From assembly GCA_964234715.1 (NCBI GenBank), contig OZ174292.1: a stretch of 64,000 nt of DNA, one strand, 5' to 3'. The position numbers were made by a program, and so were the translations under genes. Positions 10,659 to 20,758 of this stretch are shown here, piece after piece. A model generated the notes under the pieces. The model was not told where the DNA came from, ran no database searches, and worked only from the letters and a program-made list of their open reading frames with translations. Numbering within the stretch: the stretch's first letter is position 1; every line of letters starts with the position of its first letter. The DNA comes from Podarcis melisellensis (lineage: Eukaryota).

Positions 10659-10732
10659 GACGGTTGGAAATCCCTGGCAATGTGATTCGGAGCGTCAAGA
10701 TAAAATCACATCACCAGGAACCCCAACTGGCA
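10659..10732 (-). ncRNA. MIR23A: pre-miR-23a hairpin (3p mature 10666-10686; 5p arm 10703-10724)
   Basis: Reverse complement of 10666-10686 is ATCACATTGCCAGGGATTTCC, i.e. miR-23a-3p (TTTCC; 23b has TTACC). 5p arm GGGGTTCCTGGTGATGTGATTT; 3' flank AACCG. Confidence 0.97.
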
Positions 10733-11244
10733 GCGGCAGCAGCGGCAGGAGAGGGGAGGCATCGGGGAGAGACCTTTGGGCATGAGCTGGAAGAGAAAAG
10801 AGAGGCATGAATCAGGTGGAAGCAGGTCACAAGGTGAGAGAGCTTTTGACTTCTTGAAAACCTCACCCCCTGCATCCAGCTGCGAGCCGGCTGTAGGAAG
10901 AGGGGAGTAGAAGCAGTAGGACACACAGCAGGATAGGCCCCCACCCCACTGTTTCTCATAAAAAATGGGCAAGCGAAGGAGAGGCCATGTCACAGCTCCC
11001 TGGTGAGGTGGTCTCTACAACACAAGATGTTTGATATGCCTGACATGTCATATTTTTTTTACATGTATGCTTAAAAATACCTCTAAGTGCATACTTGAAA
11101 CACATCATGTGGTGAGAAGTGGACTGCTGGGGACCAAAGGGCACACACGTCAAACGAAATGTACCATTGCATTTAAGGTGGGTGGGCATCAGGATGGGGA
11201 TTGTGGTGGGCATGAGTGGGCGGGGGGGTTGACACTTTCCTCCC

Positions 11245-11730
11245 CTGCTACGCAGAGGGCCTTCTCGGTAGTGGCACCCGCCCTGTGGAATACCCTCCCA
11301 CCAGATGTCAAAGAGAAAAACAACTAAAGTGGTACCTCTGGATATGAACGGGATCCGTTCCGGAGCCCCATTCCTATCCAGAAGTAAACGCAACCCGTGA
11401 CTGCATGTCTGCATGTGCGCGGGTTGCGATTTGCCACTTCTGTGCATGCGCGTGATGTCATTTTGACCGTCTGCGCATGCGCAAGCAGCGAAACCCGGAA
11501 GTAACGTGTTCTGTTACTTCCGGGTTGCCGTGGAGTGCAGCCCGAAAGCGCTCAACCTGAAGCACATTTAACCCGAGGTATGACTGTACCAGACTTTTAG
11601 AAGACATCTGAAGGCAGCCCTGTTTAGGGAAGCTTTTAATGTTGAACAGACTATTGTATTTTAATATTTTGTTGGAAGCCACCCAGCCAGATGGGCGGGG
11701 TATAATAATAATAATAATAATAATAATAAT
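11245..11730 (+). mobile_element. L2-type LINE 3' end, split by a MITE
   Basis: RAFSVVAPALWNTLPPDVKE motif, tail CTGAAGGCAGCCCTGTTTAGGGAAG...GGGCGGGGTAT(AAT)n; interrupted at a TA. Confidence 0.85.
11327..11586. mobile_element. Tc1/mariner MITE, family D, nested in L2
   Basis: AGTGGTACCTC...GAGGTATGACTG with TA duplication; related copies at 33010, 59001 and 63084. Confidence 0.88.
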
Positions 11731-13014
11731 TATGCTCCTAACAAAAATGCCCCCTGCACTGGAAGGGAAGCTCCTGTGGGGGCAAAAAAACAACAACAAG
11801 CAAGCAAACAGCTTTGAGGGAGCAGTTTTAGCCAGGAACACCACACATGACCCTGATGCCAACCCCTCTCCCAATCCATTTCAAATGCAACAACACATCT
11901 AAAGTAGCATGACCTTTGGGCCTCATTCTCAAAAAGCAGGGCCATCGGGCAGCAAAGTTCTCTGTGCCTCAGAGCCAAGGGGAGGGTCCACAAACTGGTT
12001 GCAAGGGAAGAGAACCCAGCCTAAACTGGGGCCAATACTGGTGCCCTCCTAGCAGTGCTAACCCCACTTTGCCAGAGCCAGCCTTTTCCTTTTGCTTCCA
12101 CCCAGCCAAAACTGAACCCCTTATCCCCAAGGGTGTTAGAGCTTGTTCTCACATGCATACTTAGCATGTGATGACTGCAGCACTGTCTCTCGACCTGCAT
12201 GTGGGAATGAGCTATCGCAGGTAACAAGCACCGCTGACAGTTTTTCATATACCTCGATGCCGGCTCAAAAGTAAGACATTTCTATGGAGGCCGCCCACCC
12301 ATTCAGCAAAGAGTCATCTGAATGTTGAGATATACGAGAGGTGAAGTGAGTTTGCATGAGTGTGACCCAGCCAGGAGAGAAGAGTTGGAACACTGAAAGA
12401 CATGTTCATTTTTCCACACAGGTCCCACTTTACGAACACAATGCGCTCCCTGGAAATAGTTCGACAGGCAAGCGTTTGCATAAAGAGCCAACAATTCCCA
12501 TTGATTCTTATGCAAAATTTTCCAGTGCGTTACTGACCGTGGAATTTTGACTCCCCAAGGCTAGAATAAAACCCAGGGAAACTGCTCTCTGGTTTGTCCA
12601 TTTGTTCCCTCTCCCTCCCTCAGCCAACCAGCAAAAGGCAAACAAGGAAGTAAAAAATGCTTTCTGTTTGGATATCTGAATTTATGGTCCATACTGTGAG
12701 GTCTGGGTACTAATTCTTCGTGTTCAGATAAGTGAATTTTCACACTGTGAACCCTTGCAAAGTGGGAGCTGCGTGTCTACATGGCTCAATTCTCATTGCT
12801 GAGACTCAGTCGCCTCATGGCCTGAGGCCTGCTCCATGTACCAGGACCTTGTTTGTGGCACTTAAAAGCAAGCCTGAGGCAGGACAGCAGGTCCATAACA
12901 TCTTCACCTGTAACGTTGAGGGCTTATGCTTTCACCAAGTTCCCTCCTCTGCCAGTTTCTATGTCTTTGGAGTAGGAATGAGGATGAGCTGAAGAAGGAC
13001 TGACAGTATTGGCC

Positions 13015-13363
13015 TATAATAACAATAATTTATTATTTATACCCCGCCCATCTGGCTGGATTTCCCCAGCCACTCTGGGCGGCTTCCAACAAAATATTAA
13101 AATACAATAGTGTGTCAAATATTACAAGCTTCCCTAAACAGGGCTGCCTTCAGATGTCTTCTAAAAGTCTGGTAGTTGTTTTTCTCTTTGACATCTGGTG
13201 GGAGGGCGTTCCACAGGGCGGGTGCCACTACCGAGAAGGCCCTCTGCCTGGTTCCCTGTAGCTTGGCTTCTCACAGTGAGGGAACCTCCAGAAGGCCCTC
13301 AGTGCTGGACCTCAGTGTCCGGGCTGAATGATGGGGGTGGAGACGCTCCTTCAGATATACTGG
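13015..13363 (-). mobile_element. L2-type LINE 3' end
   Basis: Reverse complement of the 17985-18370 family, with (TTA)n tail. Confidence 0.85.
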
Positions 13364-13744
13364 TCTACCTTAGAGGACTATTTTAATTCAACATTTCTCT
13401 AATCTTTTGATATTTAGGGCAGATGGGATTGTCCCTGGGGTAAAATTGGAGGGACACTTCAGACTTGTACTTAGAAGGATATAGACCAGCTTTCTGTCAC
13501 ATGGTGCCCTACAGATATTTTCATAGTTCCCACAATCCCTGACTATTGAGCATGCTGGCTTGGCGAGAAAGGACAGAGCGGCAGCAAAGTGCCTCCTCCG
13601 CCTCAGAGCCAACCTTGTTTCTTAACATTTGTGTTCAGGACTGCAGGCAAAGGGAGACCAAGAGTGTGTCCATACCATACATTCAAAGCACATTTTCCCT
13701 CTCCAATGAATTCTGGGAAGTGTAGTTCACCCCTCACAGAGCTA

Positions 13745-13888
13745 CATCTGAAGGCAGCCCTGTTCAGGGAAGTTTTTAATATTTAATGCTGTACTGTTTT
13801 TAGCATTTGATTGGGAGCCGCCCAGAGTGGCTGGGGAAACTCAGCCAGATGGGTGGGGTATAAATAATAAATTATTATTATTATTATT
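13745..13888 (+). mobile_element. L2 3' tail inserted in a short palindromic repeat (~13665-13958)
   Basis: CATCTGAAGGCAGCCCTG...AAATAATAAA(TTA)n between halves of a CTGGGAAGTGTAG...CTACAGTTC repeat also seen at ~10130-10258. Confidence 0.75.
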
Positions 13889-14256
13889 ACAATTCCCAGC
13901 AACCTACAGTTCTCTTGGGTTTTTGGTGCAGGTGGTGCTTTAATTGCAAGGTGTGTACGTGCAGCTGAAGAAGGGGAATGAGACTCACCAGAGGTAGAGA
14001 GAGGCCCAGGAGATTTGGGGTCTGCGATGCCTCGAGGGGGGCAGTCCTGTCGCCAGAGTGTCTCTGCAGAAAAACAAAGAAGGTGAGAGAGTGATTAGTC
14101 TCCTGCTCCGACCTTTGCTTCTGAGATTGCAGATTGAAACATCCTTGCTGGGCTGGGGAAGAGAATTGGGGAGGTGGGCCTGCCCACTCCCCCGACCTAC
14201 TGAGACCGCGAGGCCAAGGGAAAGCGGTGCAGCTCCCAAATCAGTTGAAAGCAGCC

Positions 14257-14266
14257 CTAAAAATAG
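14257..14266. promoter_or_regulatory. Consensus MEF2 site in the candidate host-gene intron
   Basis: CTAAAAATAG exact; AP-1 TGAGTCA nearby at 14654-14660. Confidence 0.4.
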
Positions 14267-14967
14267 AGCATTCAAAGCACCAAGATTATGTGGCAGCTCC
14301 GGAAACTCACTTCCCAGCTGGGTGGGGCCCACAGGGTACAGCACATTTACCAGCCGGAATATTCCCTCCAGGCCTGCCTGCCGCCGCCGCTAATTCGTTT
14401 TGTACAAATTGTTCCACTGCAGCCTCAAGCCAGGCCTGGCACACCTGGGGCACAAGGCTGCGGTCTGGCTCCGCCACCACCAGCTGGTTGGGCAAAGCTC
14501 CTGAGTGGGGCAGTGCCGGTACTGGAGTTGCTTTGGGCACAAGGCAGAAGACAGGGCACCCCTAAATGCTAAAGTGCTCTGCCTTGAGAGGAGCAAATGT
14601 TCAGAATGGGGGGTGCCCTAGGCCAGCGGGAGGAGGGGGACATTTGTTTGCATTGAGTCAAAGCGAACCAGCAGCCATCTGGGCTAAAGAGACAAGGCAG
14701 GGAGTTCAGAAAACATTGCCAAACCCCAACCGCACAGAAATTACACAACCTTATTTCCCATCCTACCCCTGCCCACGCAGCCCTTACTCCTCAGGTGCTG
14801 CTAGCCAGGCACACCAGAATGAACATGGAACGTACAGCCAGAACTGACCCAGGGAGTTTAGTCCCCTGAAATGAGACAGAGCAGCGCTAGATAACTGCCT
14901 GGTGCAGTCTGCCACTGCCTGAACTTGCTTATCCTATTTCACTGGCAAGAATCCTATTGGTTTAATC

Positions 14968-15108
14968 CAGCCTCGCCCGCCCAATGTGGTGCCCTCCACA
15001 TGCTTTGGACTACAAGTCCCATCAGCCCCAGCCGGCATGGCCAGAGGATATGGATGATAGGAGCTTTGGTACAAAAACATCTGTAGGGTACCAGGTTAGC
15101 GAAGGCTA
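14968..15108. mobile_element. Short palindromic hAT MITE
   Basis: GGACTACAAGTCCCATCAGCCCC core; degenerate 8-bp TSD GTTTAATC/GTTTAGCC. Confidence 0.65.
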
Positions 15109-15220
15109 GTTTAGCCTATTGAAAACATGCACCTTTTGTTCCCACAGGTTTTACTTTTGAAAATACTCTGCACTTCTTTCAGTTAGTTATCTGTGATAAA
15201 ACTCAGAGATAGGCATATGG

Positions 15221-15327
15221 CAGGGGTCAGCAAACTTTTTCAGCAGGGGGCCGATCCACTGTCCCTCAGACCTTGGGGGGCAGACTATATTGGGGGGGGG
15301 GGGATGAATGAATTCCTATGCCCCACA
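15221..15327. mobile_element. hAT MITE family E, left part only
   Basis: CAGGGGTCAGCAAACTTTTT start shared with 16138, 27431 and 48575. Confidence 0.75.
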
Positions 15328-15328
15328 G

Positions 15329-15899
15329 CATATTCACAGGCCAGAACTGAACTGAACTGAACTGAAGGGTTCAGTCAGCCTGCTTATATAGAGCTCCAGT
15401 ACAACGTAACTGTAACAATTTTCTAAAACTATCCAATCACTGAGGGACGCAGGTGGCGCTGTGGGTTAAAGCCTCAGCGCCTAGGACTTGCCGATCGAAA
15501 GGTCGGCGGTTCGAATCCCTGCGGCTGGGTGCGCTCCCGCTGCTCGGTCCCAGCGCCTGCCAACCTAGCAGTTCGAAAGCACCTCCGGGTGCAAGTAGAT
15601 AAATAGGGACCGCTTACCAGCGGGAAGGTAAACGGCGTTTCCGTGTGCGGCTCTGGCTCGCCAGAGCAGCGATGTCACGCTGGCCACGTGACCCGGAAGT
15701 GTCTCCGGACAGCGCTGGCCCCTGGCCTCTTAAGTGAGATGGGCGCACAACCCCAGAGTCTGTCAAGACTGGCCCATACGGGCAGGGGTACCTTTACCTT
15801 TTACTATCCAATCACTGAACGTCACTTTCGATCCCTTATTTGCATAACTATCTACAGTATCCCCCTGCTGGCCCAGGGTGAGAACTTCAGTACATAACA
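15329..15899 (-). mobile_element. LTR-like remnant (U3/R) interrupted by a Sauria SINE
   Basis: Minus strand begins TGTTATGTA (TG terminus), then CCAGCAGGGGG, ATGCAAAT, ATTGG, TATATAAG (15383-15390) and (GTTCA)n; truncated at the adjacent MITE. Confidence 0.6.
15444..15802 (+). mobile_element. Young Sauria SINE, full length
   Basis: 16-bp TSD ACTATCCAATCACTGA (15428-15443, 15803-15818); almost identical to 42236-42598. Confidence 0.95.
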
Positions 15900-16137
15900 G
15901 CCTTGGCCTGTGCATCTAGGCAATGCTGCTCCCAGCTGACGATGCCTCATTCTGGGCAGCTGAGATGGTTGGAAGTGTTGGGTTGCAGGACTCCCGCAAA
16001 TCTTAAAGCCAACCTTGACTTCTGGAGCTGTCAGCACTGCATTTGCACAACAGTCTCTCAATGTGAGCGAAGGATCTGCTCCTGGAGCTGAAGCAGCAGT
16101 GGAAACCACAGGAGGCCTTAGGCTGGAACCCTTAACA

Positions 16138-16447
16138 CAGGGGTTAGCAAACTTTTTCAGGAGGGCCGGTCCACTGTCCCTCAGACCAGGTGGGGGGCTG
16201 GATTTTTTTTGGGGGGGGAATGAACGAATTCCTCTGCCCCACAAATAACGCAGAGATGCATTTTAAATAAAAGCACGTATTCTACTCATGTAAAAACACC
16301 AGGCAGGCCCCACAAATAACCCAGAGATGCATTTTAAATAAAAGGACACATTATATTCATGTAAAAACACGCTGATTCCCGAACCATCCACGGGCCGGAT
16401 TTAGAAGGCGATTGGGCCGGATCCGGCCCCCGGGCCTTAGTTTGCCT
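16138..16447. mobile_element. hAT MITE family E
   Basis: Internal duplicated CACAAATAACCCAGAGATGCATTTTAAATAAAAG unit; homologous to 27431-27753. Confidence 0.85.
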
Positions 16448-17984
16448 TAATACCACAGGGGACAAACTTGCCTTGTCTCACTGTACAGTAGAGACGTCAT
16501 ATAAAGGGAAAGATTATTCTTGGTTTAGACACAATTGCCTTTTATTAGGCCTCTGGGATGGTTCTGAGGAGAGGAGAGGCTGCCCATAAATAATTCAACT
16601 TTTTCCAGAAGTTTGCAGCTACTCTGGAGGCTGAAAGCTCACATTGCAGAGTGTATCTCTTCCAGCAGTGCAAAAGTGTGGGGCAGACTGGAAGATTATC
16701 ACTCTATCGAAGCAGAACCATTTTTTCTCAAAGCAATTGCCAAAAGAAGAAACGGGGTCCCAAAGGGGGGGGGAGGGAGGGGGAAAACATCACGAAACCA
16801 GCCCCCCCAAATGAATCTGTGCTTGTTCTTATTCGGAAGGCTTATTCACAACCTTTTCACAAATGAAAAAAGCAACGATCTTCTGTATGTGTAGAAACCC
16901 CTCCTCCCATATTCAGGATGATTCCCTTGAGTAGCCTCACTGCCCCCCCTTTACATATGGCTCTTAAATTTTCTTCCTGCTGTACAACAGAATTCATTTA
17001 CTCCAACAGCCCCCCCAACAGAGAGTGCTTGTAAAAGATACACTGTTACCACATAACCATCTTATAATTATTTTGCATGATTGTGTGCTGTTTTTTTGCT
17101 TTTTGTCTGCTTTGATAACTTTTTGAAGAAGGACTACAAATTCTGTACATAAGGAAGAAGTACGTCGAACGCAACATTGAATGTGACCTTTGCCAGCTGC
17201 AACCATCTGAGAGCCAAACTAGACAAAAACGGCTTGTAAAAGGTCTTGAGCGTCCAGCTGGGATCAGGATCTCAGCAGGGGGCAATGTTTTGAAGCCCCT
17301 CAACCACCACGATCCCTATTTGTTTCAGTGGCCTGATATTTCAGTTTTAAAAGGTCATTTGTGCAGTTACTAACTCCTCCTCTCCTATGGTCCGCAGAAG
17401 GCTGGTTCCTCATACACAGGAACATTTTTTTTACCTGCTTGCGTATTGCGGACATGATACACCCTGCATGTTGCTACCAGAGAACTTGGCAAGGAAGTAG
17501 AAATCGGAAGAACAGCAACCTAAAAATCAGACCGGATTTTTAAAGGCAGCCACCAAATTTTTCCAAAAGTTCAAACAGAGATAGTGGTTTGCCCAGAACA
17601 GGTACCACCCACCTCCTTGCAAAATCAGGACTGCTTCTGGCAAATAGGGATCACATTAAAAGTGAAGGCTCACATAATGAAATGCTCCCCCCCCAATAAA
17701 CAAACAAAACCCTGTGCTTGGACAACTAACCTTTCAGAAGGAAAGCTAGCTTCACCACGCCAGGTGTTCAGTCTTAAGAGGTTGGGGAGTGGGTAGGTGA
17801 CCAGTTGAGATTGGCCTCTTAAGCTGCTCTTACTCCTGGTTTTTTTTTGGGGGGGGGAAGCTGGGGTGTTAATTTGCTTTTAGGTCCCCCTGCTCTTTTA
17901 AAGTAGGGCGATCTGATCACAGACCTCCCATGCCACATCTGTTTTTTGGGCCTCGGTCAGCTGGAACATTGTGGGCTTCCTAAC

Positions 17985-18370
17985 TCTAAATGGCCTTGGC
18001 CCAGTATACCTGAAGGAGCGTCTCCACCCACATCGTTCATCCCGGACACGGAGGCCCAGCTCCCAGGGCCTTCTGGTGGTTCCCTCCCTGCGAGAAGTAA
18101 AGTTACAGGGAACCAGGCACAGGGCCTTCTCGGTGGTGGCGCCTGCCCTGTGGAGCACCCTCCCACCAGATGTCAAGGAAATAAACAACTATCTGACTTT
18201 TAGAAGACATCTGAAGGCAGCCCTGTTTAGGGAAGTTTTTAATGTTTGATGTTGTGTCACTTTTTAAATTTATTGTTATTATTATTCTGTTGGGAGCTGC
18301 CTAGAGTGGCTGGGGGAACCCAGCCAGGTGGGCGGGGTATAAATAATAAATTATTCTTATTCTTATTCTG
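17985..18370 (+). mobile_element. L2-type LINE 3' end
   Basis: ORF LNGLGPVYLKERL...RAFSVVAPALWSTLPPDVKEINNYLTFRRHLKAALFREVF plus tail. Confidence 0.9.
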
Positions 18371-18788
18371 GATGGGGGTTTCTTAGAGAAAGATCCTCTC
18401 AGCCCACCTGAGTCATCCAAATGCCCAGAGTGCCTCCCCCATCATCAATGTGGCTCTGCTAACTTGTCTGGGGAGAGTTCCGGCGAGAGGCAGAGGTGCA
18501 CATCTAGAATAGAGACTCCAGGTGGGAGAGAGAGAAAGGAAAGAGGTGGGCAGCCAGAGATGGAGCAGTGACTGCAGAGGACAGAGGCTGGCTGCTCAAG
18601 CAGCTGCTTGGACTGGTCATCTTTTAGAGAAGCAGGACTCAGTCCTGGAGGATTTCCTTTTAAAGGATAAAAATGTCGCAGGACTCTCTGCAGCCCACAT
18701 TCCAAAGTCACATTTCCACCCTGCCTCAGAGGGCCTCACGCCATGAAGGTTGCTGACAGAGGCCCTTTGCAAATTAAATGTGCTAAGG

Positions 18789-19373
18789 CAGAGGTTTTCG
18801 ACCTTTTTGTGCCCACGGCTCCCTTGACCAACTACCTTCCTTTTGCAGCACCCCAGTGGGGCTCAGGAGCCCAGTTCTGTCCCCCGTTGCCTGCAGAGCT
18901 GGCAGCCTCTCACCCTTTTTCGAACACCCTCCCTTGTGGAGTTTTCCATCAGCCTCCTCTCCTCTCCCCTCTCCTTGGGAGTCCTCAGGGCAGCCACTAC
19001 TGCTGCCCCTGGTCTCTGAGCTGTGCCCCCTGCCCCAAAGAGAGGTGCCTCCTCACACTGCCCCACAGGGGCCTAAGACTTCCCAACAGCAAGAGCTGAA
19101 GGACAGGCTGGCTGGACTCCCTCACCTGCTGGCTTGCTTACTCCGAGGCCACCTCAGCTCCTGGCAACCAGCACCCCCTGGCCAGCTCCAGAGGCACCAT
19201 TCGCCTGAGGAGCTTGTAGCCAGGGCTGCTGCAACAAACAGCCATGCAAGCCTTTGGGAAGCCGAGATGGGAGAGGGCATCAGAGGAGAAATGGAAGGAA
19301 AGAGGGACAGAGGCCAGTGTTGCCCATGACACCCCTGACCATCATTTAAGGCACCACTGGTTGAAAACCACTG
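18789..19373. mobile_element. Non-autonomous hAT-like element
   Basis: TIR CAGAGGTTTTCGACC/GGTTGAAAACCACTG; near TSD TGCTAAGG/TGCTACAG. Confidence 0.75.
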
Positions 19374-20107
19374 TGCTACAGGAATGCCGGCAGCAGAAGA
19401 GGCAGCCTCAGCAGTGATGGAGGAAAGGTCCCTTATCACATTTTGCATTTCATTTGCCCCCAGAGCATGAAGGCTGTGTCTCATAAATATGTAGGGAGGG
19501 GCACTCTGAAACCTGTCTTAAGGGTTGCTACCCAACAGCTCATGATGAAATTGAAGCAGGACCACCCCGAGTTGTGGCATGAAAGGTCTACTGGTTACAA
19601 TGTCCACCTGTAGCTCTCAAGAGTACAAAGACTATAAAAAGTGTCTGCTTCCTGCTCTCCCTCCACAAATGAGTATTCTCAGAGACAGTAAGGCATTTTG
19701 GATATGTTCAGAGGAGTGCCTTAACTCAGCTGCCATGAGTGTCAGCATTTTTGAAGACATATATATTTCTCTGTGTGGAAAAATACATAGATAGGTAACA
19801 GAGATATCATGTATCCCTTCGAACTCTACCATTCTATGACACCAATGGCTACAACAGCACATAAAATCGGAACTGTGATACTTCTATGTTGATCCTAGGA
19901 GCTGAGTGTAAGATTTGGCTCTCCTGGTCAAAAACAGAAAGGGATGGATAAACTTCCCCAAACCAGTTGCTGGAGACCACAGAGTGCTCTTGTGCTTAGA
20001 TCCTGCTTAAAAGTTCTCCACAGGCAACTGGTTGGCCACTGGGAGAACAGGACATTGGACTAGATGGACCACTGGCCTGATTCTGCAGGTTATTATTATG
20101 TTCTTGT

Positions 20108-20481
20108 GGGAATGTGGATGGTGGTGTGGTCTAAACCACTGAGCCTCTTGGGCTTGCTGATCGGAAGGTCGGTGGTTTGAATCCCCATGACGGGGTGAGC
20201 TCCTATTGCTCTGTCCCAGTTCCTGCCAACCTAGCACTTCGAAAGCATGCCAGTGCAAGTAGATAAATAGGTACAGCTTCGGCGGGAAGGTAAATGGCGT
20301 TTCCATGTGCTCTGGCTTCCATCACAGTGTCCCGTTGTGCCAGAAGTGGTTTAGTCATGCTGGCCACATGACCCAGAAAGCTGTCTGTGGACAAATGCCG
20401 GCTCCCTTTGCCTGAAGCAAGATAAGTGGCGCTCCCCAAAGTCACCTTTGACTGGACTTAACCGTCATTTACCTTTTACCT
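20108..20481 (+). mobile_element. Older Sauria SINE
   Basis: Diverged head and body with ACCTTTTACCT tail. Confidence 0.85.
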
Positions 20482-20620
20482 CTACATATTATGTTCTTGT
20501 TTAATCAAAAGCTGGTAGCAAGTTGTTGCTAGTAATGGCATAAACACCCCACTATTTTAAAATCAGGGTTATGGGGTGTGAGTGTGTGAGAACTGGCTAC
20601 CCACTTCCCCTGGCCAAAAG

Positions 20621-20758
20621 CAGCAGTTCTCAACCTGTGGGTCCCCAGATGTTGTTGGACTACAATTCCAATCATCCCTGAGCTCTGGCCTTGCTAGCTA
20701 GGGGTGATGGGAGTTGTAGTTCAACAACATCTGGGGACCCACAGGTTGAGAAAGGCTG
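20621..20758. mobile_element. Short palindromic hAT MITE
   Basis: Near-perfect long inverted arms CTCAACCTGTGGGTCCCCAGATGTTGTT/AACAACATCTGGGGACCCACAGGTTGAG. Confidence 0.85.

Larger units (their letters stand above)
8986..14444 (-). ncRNA. Candidate spliced miR-23a cluster host transcript (MIR23AHG-like): exon ending 14311, exon 14063-13989, exon starting 10786
   Basis: Donor GAA|GTGAGT at 14310; acceptor with branch point GACTAAT and CTCTCTCACCTTCTTTGTTTTTCTGCAG| at 14063; donor CTG|GTGAGT at 13988; acceptor CCTCTCTTTTCTCTTCCAG| at 10786. All on the miRNA strand; outer limits unknown. Confidence 0.55.
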
